The translations under genes were made by a program, and so were the position numbers. A stretch of DNA of 64,000 nucleotides, taken from the IMG/VR virus record IMGVR_UViG_3300010222_000169; one strand, written 5' to 3'. Positions 9,399-18,759 of the stretch are shown one piece after another (the stretch's first letter is position 1; every line of letters begins with the position of its first letter). A model generated the notes under the pieces. It searched no databases, was not told where the DNA came from, and saw only the letters and a program-made list of their open reading frames with translations. This DNA is from a virus.

Positions 9399-9551
9399 TC
9401 AATGAACTCCGGAGTCGGCGTCGGTCACGATCCGGTCCCCGGGGGTCACACACTCTACGCAGACCACCTCGTCGGGCTCCTCGCGCGGGCCGTGGACGAT
9501 GACCGTGCGGAGTGGGCGGTCGTCGCCGCAGCGCGAACAGGTCTCAGCCAT
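9399..9551 (-). CDS. CxxC-CxxC microprotein (not in ORF track)
   Basis: Manual translation MAETCSRCG...VCVECVT, 50 aa, overlapping upstream stop. Confidence 0.55.
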   Translation of the reverse strand: MAETCSRCGDDRPLRTVIVHGPREEPDEVVCVECVTPGDRIVTDADSGVH

Positions 9552-9729
9552 CGCCCTCTCCCTGACACTCCCGGTGGGCGTCCGCGACGGCCTCGCGCAG
9601 CTCGGCGGCGAGTGCGAGCGCGTCCTCGTCGTCGGGCCCGTCCACGCTGATGCGGACGTCGACGCTGTTCTTCTCGTCCGGTTCTGTCGGCGGGTGATAC
9701 CGCTTTTCGATTTCGGTGGCGTTGTGCAT
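9544..9729 (-). CDS. Hypothetical protein
   Basis: MHNATEIEK..., acidic, coupled. Confidence 0.5.
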   Translation of the reverse strand: MHNATEIEKRYHPPTEPDEKNSVDVRISVDGPDDEDALALAAELREAVADAHRECQGEGDG

Positions 9730-9734
9730 GGCTG

Positions 9735-10100
9735 CTAGTGGCCATCCTCGTCGGTCTCTCGCAACCCTGCGTCGGCAAAAGCGTCGACGACGAGGACTTT
9801 GTCCCCGGTGGTTGTGTCGAGCTTGTCGTCCACCCACGCCTTCGCGTTTTCGAGCGCGTCGGCCAGGTCGGCAGCATCTTCCACCATCATGTCCCACTTC
9901 TCGACGGGGGACCGATCGACCATCCGATTCATTGCCGAGAAAAGGGGGTCGTAGGGGCTCGATGTATGGACGGTGATTCGCGCGGTTTTTGTCCCGTCAC
10001 CACCGCTAAGGATTCGCGCGCGGATATAGTGACCGCGGTACTCTGCGGTGTGGTCAACGTCCGCTTCGGGGTCTGTTTTCGGTGATTGGTTAAGTGTCAT
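9735..10100 (-). CDS. Hypothetical protein
   Basis: MTLNQSPK..., acidic. Confidence 0.6.
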   Translation of the reverse strand: MTLNQSPKTDPEADVDHTAEYRGHYIRARILSGGDGTKTARITVHTSSPYDPLFSAMNRMVDRSPVEKWDMMVEDAADLADALENAKAWVDDKLDTTTGDKVLVVDAFADAGLRETDEDGH

Positions 10101-10126
10101 GGTGTTGAGTCCGTCTGTGGTGGTCG

Positions 10127-10345
10127 TCAGCGTGGATCCTCCACGAGAGTCCACAGTGCGGTGGCCTCGTGCTTGTATTCGACACAACCGGCAGCGGTGA
10201 GCTGGTCAAGCCGGGCCTTGAGCGTCGGCCGCGTCAGTCCGGTTTCGTCGACCAGCATCCCGGTCGTCATGTCCCCTTCGCGCACGAACGCGTTGAGAAC
10301 GTTATCCATCTTCTCGTCGATTCGGAGAGTCATCGTGCCACTCAT
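10127..10345 (-). CDS. Winged-helix transcription regulator
   Basis: TTGMLVDETGLTRPTLKARLDQL...W HTH-wing pattern; divergent from 10459. Confidence 0.8.
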   Translation of the reverse strand: MSGTMTLRIDEKMDNVLNAFVREGDMTTGMLVDETGLTRPTLKARLDQLTAAGCVEYKHEATALWTLVEDPR

Positions 10346-10421
10346 ACTACCACCATGTCCTTAATAGGTGCTGCTACCACTTTTGCTTTTGCATCTCTCC
10401 GAGAGTAAAGCTTAACAGGTA

Positions 10422-10435
10422 CGAAAGACTTAATA
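10422..10435 (+). promoter_or_regulatory. BRE/TATA promoter of rightward early operon
   Basis: CGAAAGACTTAATA 24-37 nt upstream of ATG 10459 (leaderless spacing). Confidence 0.6.
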
Positions 10436-10458
10436 TCGTCCGGATATAGAGTACAGAC

Positions 10459-11310
10459 ATGGCTCAAGGACGGCCGCTCGCAGAAGGTGGCCGGGGCGCG
10501 ACAACGCCCGCGACCTGGGTCATGGAACCCATGAGCATCGACGACTCCGCCGCTCTTGAAACTAGCGGCACCGACCGTAGCATCGAATCCGGCCGATTGA
10601 TGAAAGCGCTCACCCGCCCGATGGCGATCGAGCGCGTCGCGCCGCGCCAATACGACGTCACTCACGACGGTACCACCCGCACGGTTGACATCGAGACGGG
10701 CAGCTGTTCGTGTGCGGACTACAAGTACCGCGGCGAGCGCTTCGTCTGCAAGCACGTTCTTCGAGCAGCGATCCACGCCGTGTTCACCGAGGGCGTCCGC
10801 ACCCGACTCCAGGCCCGCATCGTCGCGGCGACGCGCGAGGCGGGCTGTCCGCACGCCCACGGTTCGATCACCGACGAGCACGACTGCGAGGGCCCGCTCG
10901 GCCGCGGCGCGTTCCCCTGCCCCGACTGCGTGCGGTGCTCCCCCGGTGAGTGGTCGGCGTGGGTCGCGCTCGTCGGGGACGGTCCGGACGCTAGCGCGAC
11001 CGTCGACCGCGGCGAGGGCATCGCCACAGACGGCGGACGCCACACGCCGCCGCAGTCCACCTGCGACCACGGGATCACGGAGACCGACTATATCGAGCGG
11101 TCGGACGGCCAGCACAAGGTCATCGTGTGCGCGACGTGCAACCTCATCCTTGAGGATTGTGGCGTCCCGGAGCCGGACGTTTGCACCGACGGCGGCACCG
11201 TCACTCTCCACCCGTGTTCGACGTGCGACGGACAGGCCGAAGGCGATGCTGAGCAGTGTCCCGAGTGCCAGCGGCGGGGTGTTTCGGAAGTGGACGAGGA
11301 TCCGCTATGA
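10459..11310 (+). CDS. SWIM Zn-finger protein with extra Cys clusters
   Basis: CSCADYKYRGERFVCKH; CPDC, CATC, CSTC...CPEC. Confidence 0.8.
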   Translation: MAQGRPLAEGGRGATTPATWVMEPMSIDDSAALETSGTDRSIESGRLMKALTRPMAIERVAPRQYDVTHDGTTRTVDIETGSCSCADYKYRGERFVCKHVLRAAIHAVFTEGVRTRLQARIVAATREAGCPHAHGSITDEHDCEGPLGRGAFPCPDCVRCSPGEWSAWVALVGDGPDASATVDRGEGIATDGGRHTPPQSTCDHGITETDYIERSDGQHKVIVCATCNLILEDCGVPEPDVCTDGGTVTLHPCSTCDGQAEGDAEQCPECQRRGVSEVDEDPL

Positions 11311-11501
11311 TCGACGACGACCTCGATGCCCTGATCAACGACGTGCCTGGAGGGAGCAGAAGCCACGCCGCCGGCTCTTGCTCGGACTGCGGCGACGCGG
11401 CCGACGTCCACGTTGACGGCATCGGTGAGCCGTCGGGATCACGGGAGGTGGCAGGCATCAGTCTGTGCGCTCAGTGCTTCCAGGAGGCGTATGGCGGATG
11501 A
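11307..11501 (+). CDS. Small Zn-finger protein
   Basis: CSDC...CAQC; ATGA coupling. Confidence 0.65.
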   Translation: MIDDDLDALINDVPGGSRSHAAGSCSDCGDAADVHVDGIGEPSGSREVAGISLCAQCFQEAYGG

Positions 11502-11743
11502 CTGACGACCTCCGCAAGCTCCTTGACGGCGTTCGCGATGGCGACCCGATCCGCCACCAGCTCGATCCTGGTGAGGCCGATCCGGTGTGCGACGAGACGG
11601 CGGACGAGGCGGAGGAGTCGCTTCGCGAGACGGGATTGGTCAACCCCTTTCACGCCGCCGAGTTACAGCGGCGGCAGACCGAACGCCACCGCGAAACGTC
11701 GTCGTTGATGGACACGCTTGATGACTGGGAGGACGACGGATGA
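11498..11743 (+). CDS. Hypothetical protein
   Basis: ATGA coupling, acidic. Confidence 0.6.
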   Translation: MTDDLRKLLDGVRDGDPIRHQLDPGEADPVCDETADEAEESLRETGLVNPFHAAELQRRQTERHRETSSLMDTLDDWEDDG

Positions 11744-12024
11744 CCGACGACGCCACCGGCGACAAAACCCGTGGTCGGCTAGCCGGCGAGGCGAGCTTGT
11801 GGCGAGTGGTCGAATCCGACACCGACGCGATCCACGTCGAAACCAAGACTGTCGAAGGCGAGCACCGCGTTTGGTTTACATCGGACGGGCCGCGACTGCA
11901 CGACAAGGGCATTTACCGACTCAAGGGCGACGGTAGCGTTGAAATCGAGACCGACTGCCCGAAGCCCGACGACCTCCGCGAGCACTTCTACGATGAGTTC
12001 GGTGGCTCGGAACACGGAGACTGA
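11740..12024 (+). CDS. Hypothetical protein
   Basis: ATGA coupling. Confidence 0.65.
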   Translation: MTDDATGDKTRGRLAGEASLWRVVESDTDAIHVETKTVEGEHRVWFTSDGPRLHDKGIYRLKGDGSVEIETDCPKPDDLREHFYDEFGGSEHGD

Positions 12025-12026
12025 CG

Positions 12027-12449
12027 ATGAGCCACACGACGCCCGCCGAACCCGGCGTCGAGACCACCGAAACCAGCGTCGAACAGGCACTCACGGGTTG
12101 TGCGGTCGGCACGGGCGAACGGGCGGTGTGTGCGTGTGGCAAGCACCTCGGCGAAGGGTCGTGGTGTCTCGTCCGCGCGCATCGCTTCGGCGACGAGCCG
12201 GCGCTGCGCCCGGTCCGACTGTTCTGTGAGCTCTGTGCTGGCGACGACGACCGATCCAGAATCCTGCATCCGACGACCGGTGCGGACGAGATCGTCGCCG
12301 AGGCTCACCTCGCCGTCCGATCGGACGTCGCCAGCCGATCGCACTGTCTCGTGATCGTGGCCGAGACGGTGTGCGCGCACTCCCCGCCAACTGACGGCGC
12401 GGACCCCGCCAGCACCGGCGGCAACAACATCGGGACGCACGGACCATGA
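12027..12449 (+). CDS. Cys-containing hypothetical protein
   Basis: CACG...CELC. Confidence 0.65.
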   Translation: MSHTTPAEPGVETTETSVEQALTGCAVGTGERAVCACGKHLGEGSWCLVRAHRFGDEPALRPVRLFCELCAGDDDRSRILHPTTGADEIVAEAHLAVRSDVASRSHCLVIVAETVCAHSPPTDGADPASTGGNNIGTHGP

Positions 12450-12799
12450 CCGCCGATAGCGATAAGACCGATGCGGACGGAGACCGATCAACCATGACGG
12501 AGAAACAACAATCCCCTACCGCGATCGCAGAATTGTCGTTCCAAAAACGTACCGTCGTCCTGTTCGACGACGGCGCAGTCGTTACGCTCGGCGTCGGCGA
12601 CGGCTCGTGCTCGCAGCACCGATCGCTCACCGACGAGCAGTGCGACCACTCGGCCGAGGAGGACGCGCCCGTCCCGTCGTTCGCCGGCGAAATGTTCGTC
12701 GGCGCGGCCGCCACGGATCGGGCGGTCCAGGACGAGGTCATCTCGCGACTGCTGGAGAACGACCCCGAGCGGCTTTCCGGATTCGCAGAGGAGATTTAA
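12446..12799 (+). CDS. Hypothetical protein
   Basis: ATGA coupling, acidic. Confidence 0.6.
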   Translation: MTADSDKTDADGDRSTMTEKQQSPTAIAELSFQKRTVVLFDDGAVVTLGVGDGSCSQHRSLTDEQCDHSAEEDAPVPSFAGEMFVGAAATDRAVQDEVISRLLENDPERLSGFAEEI

Positions 12800-12925
12800 G
12801 CTGAATATCCCGAAACCGAGATTTTCGCGGACGGTCCTGTTCTGCTTTAATATGGACACAGCCAATAGTAAATCGGAACGCTTATTAGCCTATGGGCTGT
12901 ACGGATAGGTGGAGGCAGAGAGAAC

Positions 12926-14629
12926 ATGAGCGAATCCGAACTCGACGTTGGCGGCTCGAACATGACGGTCGAACTGCGCGGTGACGAACTCCACGCGTCG
13001 GCGAACACCGGCAACAAGCAATGGGTTGCCGTCATCACCGACACCCACCCCAAGTACAACTACGATCGCGACTGGGCCGCGTACCAGAAACCCAAGACGA
13101 GCGATCGGGACAGCGGCGCTGCGCCGATCGCCGATGGCGACGTGATCGAGCGGGTGCGCTACACCCACTCGGGCAAAAACCGCACGGACGAGTTTTACCA
13201 GCTCGTCGACGGCGAGGCCCATGCGATCGACGAAGCGGACGTTGAGGACGCGCTCGACGGCGAGATCGTCCCCGACATCGGCGGCGACGACGCTCCCGCC
13301 ACCGACGCGGACGACGAGACCCCTACCGTGATGGCCGACGGCGGCGGCGAAGTTGAGGTTGAGTACGGTGGACAGGCCGTTACGGTCCCTACGACGATAC
13401 GGCGCAGCGACCTCGCGGGCTACTTCGGCAGTGTCGCCAACACCTGTCCCGTCGAATACATTTACGTCTACGACGGACGGCTCCGTGCCGAAGGACAAGC
13501 CGACGAGACGACTCGCGTTATCGCAACGTATCGCCCCGACCGTGTGGACTCGGTCGGAAGCGGGTGGGACGGGTGGAAAGCCGAACTCGTTGACGGTGCG
13601 GCCGAAGGCACGCCCCCGAACACGCTTTGGGAGCGTGACAACCAGAGACCGATGACTGACGGCGGCGAAGTCGTCGAGGAGGACGATGGCGACGACGGCG
13701 ATGACCCGAAGACGCTCCGCGAGCTCGGCGGCCGGCACGGCGACGCGGTGCTGCGCTCGTACTCCGGGGACGGCCAGCTGTACGCGTACCGCGACGGCGA
13801 CGAGCACGTCGTGGTCTCGAACGGTCGCGAACCTGGAGACAAGTGGACGCGCCGCGTCCCAGCCGAGCGCACGGCCGTCACGCCCGGCGAGCACCTCTGG
13901 ACGGTGCCCGGCAACTGGGAGTGTCGCGTCACCATCGACGGCGCTGGCGCAAGTCGCTACGCGATCCACCACATCCCCGAGACCGATGTGGGCGTGCTCG
14001 TGTCGGTCCCGCACAAAAACCACCTCGTCGATGCGTGGTACGGCGTCAAGTCCGTCGGCGAGCTGACCGTTACGTATGCCGATGAGTGCAACTGGGACGT
14101 ACTTGACGACGCGCTCGGGCGCTACGGCGACGAGATGGACGACGACGTTCGTGAGGCGCTCGAACGACTCCTCCGGCGTAGCACCATCTTTGAGCACCGT
14201 CTCGCGGACAGCGTGGACGAGTTCGCCGAGGAGGCACTGTTCGAGAGGCGGGATGCCGCATCACTCAACGGCTGGACGACTGAGCCGTGGGGCGACCACC
14301 GCTTCGACGAGGATGGTCACCTCCTCGGCGAGTTTCTCGGCATCGACGGCGACACGCTTAGCGCCGTCCGACGCGAACTCTCCGACATGGGGCAGGTCAT
14401 CCCGTCCTATCCCACGGTGGAGGTCGCGGTCGACGACTCCGGGCAGCTCCCCGACGGCTTCGGCACTCGCGCGTTGATTGAGGCGGGCTGCTCGCCGCCC
14501 GAGGCGATCGACTACCGCCACGTCGAGGGGCTGGACCTCTCTCAATCCGAGTGGGGACGCGTCCGCGACCGCGACCAGTCCACGGTGTCGGAGAACGTCA
14601 AACAGGCCACACGCAAACTCAAACGATGA
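12926..14629 (+). CDS. Modular 567-aa protein with C-terminal HTH
   Basis: Segments separated by MADGG/MTDGG linkers; C-terminal SQSEWGRVRDRDQSTVSENVKQA. Confidence 0.75.
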   Translation: MSESELDVGGSNMTVELRGDELHASANTGNKQWVAVITDTHPKYNYDRDWAAYQKPKTSDRDSGAAPIADGDVIERVRYTHSGKNRTDEFYQLVDGEAHAIDEADVEDALDGEIVPDIGGDDAPATDADDETPTVMADGGGEVEVEYGGQAVTVPTTIRRSDLAGYFGSVANTCPVEYIYVYDGRLRAEGQADETTRVIATYRPDRVDSVGSGWDGWKAELVDGAAEGTPPNTLWERDNQRPMTDGGEVVEEDDGDDGDDPKTLRELGGRHGDAVLRSYSGDGQLYAYRDGDEHVVVSNGREPGDKWTRRVPAERTAVTPGEHLWTVPGNWECRVTIDGAGASRYAIHHIPETDVGVLVSVPHKNHLVDAWYGVKSVGELTVTYADECNWDVLDDALGRYGDEMDDDVREALERLLRRSTIFEHRLADSVDEFAEEALFERRDAASLNGWTTEPWGDHRFDEDGHLLGEFLGIDGDTLSAVRRELSDMGQVIPSYPTVEVAVDDSGQLPDGFGTRALIEAGCSPPEAIDYRHVEGLDLSQSEWGRVRDRDQSTVSENVKQATRKLKR

Positions 14630-14880
14630 CTGACGACGACCGCGCGCCGGAGGAGCGCTTCGCCGAGCACATCAACGCAGCGATGGCAATCGCGCTCCGC
14701 GACGATGCCGACCCCGACCCGATCGCACGGATCTGCATCAACACCGCACGCGAACTCTACGATCACTACGGTGCGGGCGAAGGGCACAACCGCTTCGCGA
14801 CGTTCGTCGTCGATGCGGGATTCGAGAGTGCCGAAATCGAGGAGTGGCTGGACTGGGTCGAAGACCAGGATCGCGGTTAG
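14626..14880 (+). CDS. Hypothetical protein
   Basis: ATGA coupling. Confidence 0.6.
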   Translation: MTDDDRAPEERFAEHINAAMAIALRDDADPDPIARICINTARELYDHYGAGEGHNRFATFVVDAGFESAEIEEWLDWVEDQDRG

Positions 14881-14956
14881 GCCGCCGGCCTGAGCTCGCC
14901 GAGCACGGTCCCAAAATCTAACTAACAAAACACAAGACAATGACGGACCACAACCC

Positions 14957-16345
14957 GTGACCGAGTATATCGCCGACCCCCACCGCGAGTGCCACTCCTG
15001 TCGTCAAGAGTATAATTCTCTCGCCCAGCACTGGGCGAAGAGCGACTGCTCGTACCCGCCGCTCTCGGACGGGATGCGCGAGGCTGTCAAGGGACTCCTC
15101 GTCGGCGACGGGTCGGTCGATGGCCGCGCCCACGCGAGGGTCGAGCTCCAGTCGGTCCGACGCGAACACGTCCTCTTTTGTCACCGGCAACTCGGGCCCC
15201 TCTCACACGGCGTGACGCGGACCGAGCGTCCGGACACTGACGGGCCGCTGTATCGCCTCCGGACCCATGCCCATCCGGACCTCGATCGCTACTGGCGGTG
15301 GTCGGAGGGCATTCCGGAGGGCGTGACGCTCTCGCGGCGCGGCGCGCGACTCTGGTATGCCTGCGACGGCACGATCGAGTTCGGCGGTCGCGCCATCAAT
15401 CCGAAAATCGCCGTTCGGGCGGTCGGGGGCGACCGCCGCGCGACCGTGGCCCGCCTCCTCCGCGAGTTCCCGATCCCGCTCGATGTCCGCGAGAACGCCG
15501 GCCGGGTGACTGTCGTGAGCGAAGCGGTCCCACGACTCCTCCGGTATCTCGGGCCGCCGACCCCAGCCAGCACTCACAAGTGGTGTCTCGACGAGCGGGT
15601 CTATCGGACCGTCCGCGCGGACCCCGATCCGGTACTGGCGGCCGCTATGAGCGCCGCCGAACGATACAAGGTACTCCTCGGCGTCGTCGCGGACGCGCTG
15701 GGTGTGGGTGCTGACCTCGCCACTGAGGAGTTCGAGGACGCGATCGGTGCACCGCGGGCGCAGGCGGTGGCCGATAGCCTCGGCGGGGGTTCGTGGGAGG
15801 ATGCAAAGCGAGTTGCAGGAGTCCGCACAACCGACACTGCCGACTGCTCGGCCGCCGAGGCTCGGAAGCAAGCACTCTCCGAAGCCCGGAACCACCGGAC
15901 CGTCACGTACGATGAGTGTGCGTGTCGGCACGCACTCCAACGGGTCGCCGATCGCCGCGATACGGACCAGCTCTCGACCACCGAGTACGACGGATCGCGG
16001 CGGGACGCGGAACCATCCGCCGCGACGGTCATCACCACGCTCTCGGATGGTCCGCGGCGGTGGAGCGATGCGCTGGCGGCTGTCGGCCTCTCGGCCGCGT
16101 CGCCGGGCAGTGGGCCACAGTACGCCGACGAGGACTGCGAGCGGGCGTTGACGAAGGCCCATGCCGACATTGGCGATCCCCTCACCAAGAGCGCGTACCG
16201 GGAGTGGGCGACTGACCGCCCCGCCCCTGCCCCCGGGACGATCGCCGGCCGACTCGGAGACGGTTACTGGGCCGTCGCCGTCGAGAGCATCGGCGGGGCT
16301 GCCGGCAAGAGCGGCCGGACTAGCTCCTCAGAATCTGAGAGATGA
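14957..16345 (+). CDS. LAGLIDADG-like endonuclease with PF18780-like repeats
   Basis: N-terminal CHSC..H..C; GLLVGDGS and WYACDG motifs; C-terminal repeats ending WSDALAAVGL and YWAVAVESIGG. Confidence 0.72.
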   Translation: MTEYIADPHRECHSCRQEYNSLAQHWAKSDCSYPPLSDGMREAVKGLLVGDGSVDGRAHARVELQSVRREHVLFCHRQLGPLSHGVTRTERPDTDGPLYRLRTHAHPDLDRYWRWSEGIPEGVTLSRRGARLWYACDGTIEFGGRAINPKIAVRAVGGDRRATVARLLREFPIPLDVRENAGRVTVVSEAVPRLLRYLGPPTPASTHKWCLDERVYRTVRADPDPVLAAAMSAAERYKVLLGVVADALGVGADLATEEFEDAIGAPRAQAVADSLGGGSWEDAKRVAGVRTTDTADCSAAEARKQALSEARNHRTVTYDECACRHALQRVADRRDTDQLSTTEYDGSRRDAEPSAATVITTLSDGPRRWSDALAAVGLSAASPGSGPQYADEDCERALTKAHADIGDPLTKSAYREWATDRPAPAPGTIAGRLGDGYWAVAVESIGGAAGKSGRTSSSESER

Positions 16346-16463
16346 TCAATCCGCCGCCTTGATCTCGCCGAATAACGTTGTCACTGCCCGTTTCGCGCGC
16401 TGCAGTACCATCTCCACGCCCAAAACTCGGGGGTGGACGTGGAGAGATCGGCCCCAGAAACAG

Positions 16464-17636
16464 CTACCGCCGCACGTTCGCGAACGCGCCCTCGTCGATC
16501 CCCCGCAGCGCCTTGTGGGGGTCGTTGATCACGACGAGTGCCTGGTCCCATCCAGGATCGGTGAGCGACGCACACGAGACCTCGGTGTCGCTGTGGATGT
16601 TGACGGTCCCGCCACCGGCTCCCGTCGTCGCGAGCGGGCCGTCGACGTCCACCGTCACATCGGGGCCGAAGGTCACGGTCGCGCCCTTGACCAGATTCAT
16701 CGCCGCCCCGTCGCCGGTGATCGTCGTGTCGCGGATCTGGTAGTCCCCGCCGTAGGCGTCGAGCGGCACGGCCCCCTCACCGCCCCACCGCTTCCCAGCG
16801 TCGAGCCGACAGTCCCTGATCCCGAGCTCGCCGCCGTAGAGTTGGATAGTGCCTTCGAGGGTGAGCGCTTCGATGCGGGCGTTTTGCGCGGTCCCGGCGT
16901 CGAACTGAAAGTTCGCTTGGTTGACCTGCACCGTGGTCCGATCGCGACCAGCGCCGCGGAGCCGCCAGTCGGCGGTCTGATGCACGTCGATCTGTCCGGA
17001 GTTGAGCGCCGAGCCCGGCTCGTTGCCGTGCGTGCCCGCCGAGACCGCGATCGCACAGTCGTGCTCGATGCTTCGGGGATCGCAGTTGAGCGCGTCCTGA
17101 ATCGTCCCGAGCGGCTCGGCTTCGGTGCCCGTGCCGGTCCCGAACTCGCCGTGACCGACGTGGAGCGTGCGATCGCCCGACGAGCGCTCCTTGCGAGCGA
17201 GGACGCCGTTGGCCGGGTCGGAGCCCTCGCCGGCGCGGGCCGTCCACGGCGCACGCTTTTCGGAGGAGCCGCCCCGATCGGGGGGTGCGTCGTCGGTGTC
17301 GCTGTCGTCGCCGGCATCACTGCCGCCACCGCCACCGCCACCGTCGCCGCCGAAGCGATCGGGCCGATACGCGAGCGCCTCGTCGTGGCTCATCGCCTCG
17401 CCGTCGATCTCGACCTGCACGCCGTCGGGGGCGTCGATTGCGGCGATCCACCCGCGGACCCGATATTCGTCCCACCCGCCCCACACCTCGCCGCTCGCCT
17501 GCCACCCGCCGCTGATCGAGTCGTTGCCTTCGAGCGAGCCCTCCGCTGCGGCGAGCTCGCCGTTGACTTCGACGCTGTACGTCGCCTGTTGGCCGCCGGG
17601 CGTGCCGAGCCCGATGGTGAAATCTGATTGATCCAT
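16464..17636 (-). CDS. Putative carbohydrate-active beta-helix protein (depolymerase/adhesin candidate)
   Basis: beta-rich N-domain, Gly/Asp linker, GTIQDAL...AVSAGT entry motif then beta-helix-like repeats. Confidence 0.55.
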   Translation of the reverse strand: MDQSDFTIGLGTPGGQQATYSVEVNGELAAAEGSLEGNDSISGGWQASGEVWGGWDEYRVRGWIAAIDAPDGVQVEIDGEAMSHDEALAYRPDRFGGDGGGGGGGSDAGDDSDTDDAPPDRGGSSEKRAPWTARAGEGSDPANGVLARKERSSGDRTLHVGHGEFGTGTGTEAEPLGTIQDALNCDPRSIEHDCAIAVSAGTHGNEPGSALNSGQIDVHQTADWRLRGAGRDRTTVQVNQANFQFDAGTAQNARIEALTLEGTIQLYGGELGIRDCRLDAGKRWGGEGAVPLDAYGGDYQIRDTTITGDGAAMNLVKGATVTFGPDVTVDVDGPLATTGAGGGTVNIHSDTEVSCASLTDPGWDQALVVINDPHKALRGIDEGAFANVRR

Positions 17637-17758
17637 GATTGTAATTAATCGAAGCCGGAACTCGGAGTGCGACGAGCCACCGAGCGCGCGGCTCGCCGCC
17701 ACTATGATTTCAAGACGGTACGCTGAGACGGCAGTGACCGATACGCCCCTTCTATCCG

Positions 17759-18142
17759 TCACTCGATCCGAAACGCGTCGGCCCACTCCGACGGCGTTCT
17801 ATCGAGATCGGGGAAGCGAGCGGAGAGCACCGGAGCCACGTCGGTTGCGTGGTCGGCCAGCGTCCGGGTGTCCCCATTCAGACCGATGGTGTCGAGTGCC
17901 TGATTCCCCGTGTTCCCGTCGCCCGCCATATGCACGACATACCACCCCTCCACGTCGGGATAGGTGTCTGTCAGCGCAGGGTAGAAATCGGTGACGGTAG
18001 CGGGGGCGATCGTCTCGCCCGACCAAGACGAGACACCGGCACTATCGGCGTATTTTGGTGTCAAAAATTCTTCTCCGGTATCTTCGTAAGTACGGAGCGC
18101 CGCTGGCGTCAGAAACCATTGATCGTGCGTTTGTGTGCTCAT
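17759..18142 (-). CDS. Hypothetical tail-module protein
   Basis: 4-nt overlap with upstream gene. Confidence 0.65.
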   Translation of the reverse strand: MSTQTHDQWFLTPAALRTYEDTGEEFLTPKYADSAGVSSWSGETIAPATVTDFYPALTDTYPDVEGWYVVHMAGDGNTGNQALDTIGLNGDTRTLADHATDVAPVLSARFPDLDRTPSEWADAFRIE

Positions 18143-18759
18143 GGGAGCACTTCGAAGTCGTCAAAGTACGATTTCATGACGGTTGTGTAAGAGAAATTCT
18201 CGAAGTCGCCATCATTGTAGTTTGAAATTCGAATCGTTGAAATATCGACTCCGTGACGGAAATCGCCAGTGTGCGAGGCGCTTAGACTCCCGTTGCGTTC
18301 TTGCTGAAAATCAACCGTGAACGTCGACGCACTCCAGTCATAGCTCGTCGTGACGGAGGTCCATGCTTCGACGCCACTGCTGATCTGCGTGACCCCGCTC
18401 GCGTCTTGGACCTCCCACTGTGGGTTGTTCGACATAAACGAACATTCGACGTTGCTATTCGAATTTAGAAACCGAACCGAACAGCCGTATGATTCAGTGC
18501 TGTCGATGTCCTTGAATAGGTGGGTGGTCTGAGAGGGTTGGACACCCAACGAATCAACCGTCCCGACGGCATACTGGTTATAGGCGTCGTTCGTTTCCGC
18601 AAGCACCGAATAACTCCCGGCATAAACGTCCGCGGTGGTCGCTGTAAAATTGTCAAACCCACCATCGTTCGAGAACCGCCCTGTGGTGCCGTCCTCGAAA
18701 TCCTCGGTGAAATAGGGACCCTCGCTCTCGTTGATGATCCCCGCACTGACGTGGCTCAC
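18139..18759 (-). CDS. Putative lectin/jelly-roll-like fibre-associated protein
   Basis: FTEDFEDG...YFDDFEV termini, beta-rich, lower GC. Confidence 0.55.
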   Translation of the reverse strand: MSHVSAGIINESEGPYFTEDFEDGTTGRFSNDGGFDNFTATTADVYAGSYSVLAETNDAYNQYAVGTVDSLGVQPSQTTHLFKDIDSTESYGCSVRFLNSNSNVECSFMSNNPQWEVQDASGVTQISSGVEAWTSVTTSYDWSASTFTVDFQQERNGSLSASHTGDFRHGVDISTIRISNYNDGDFENFSYTTVMKSYFDDFEVLP

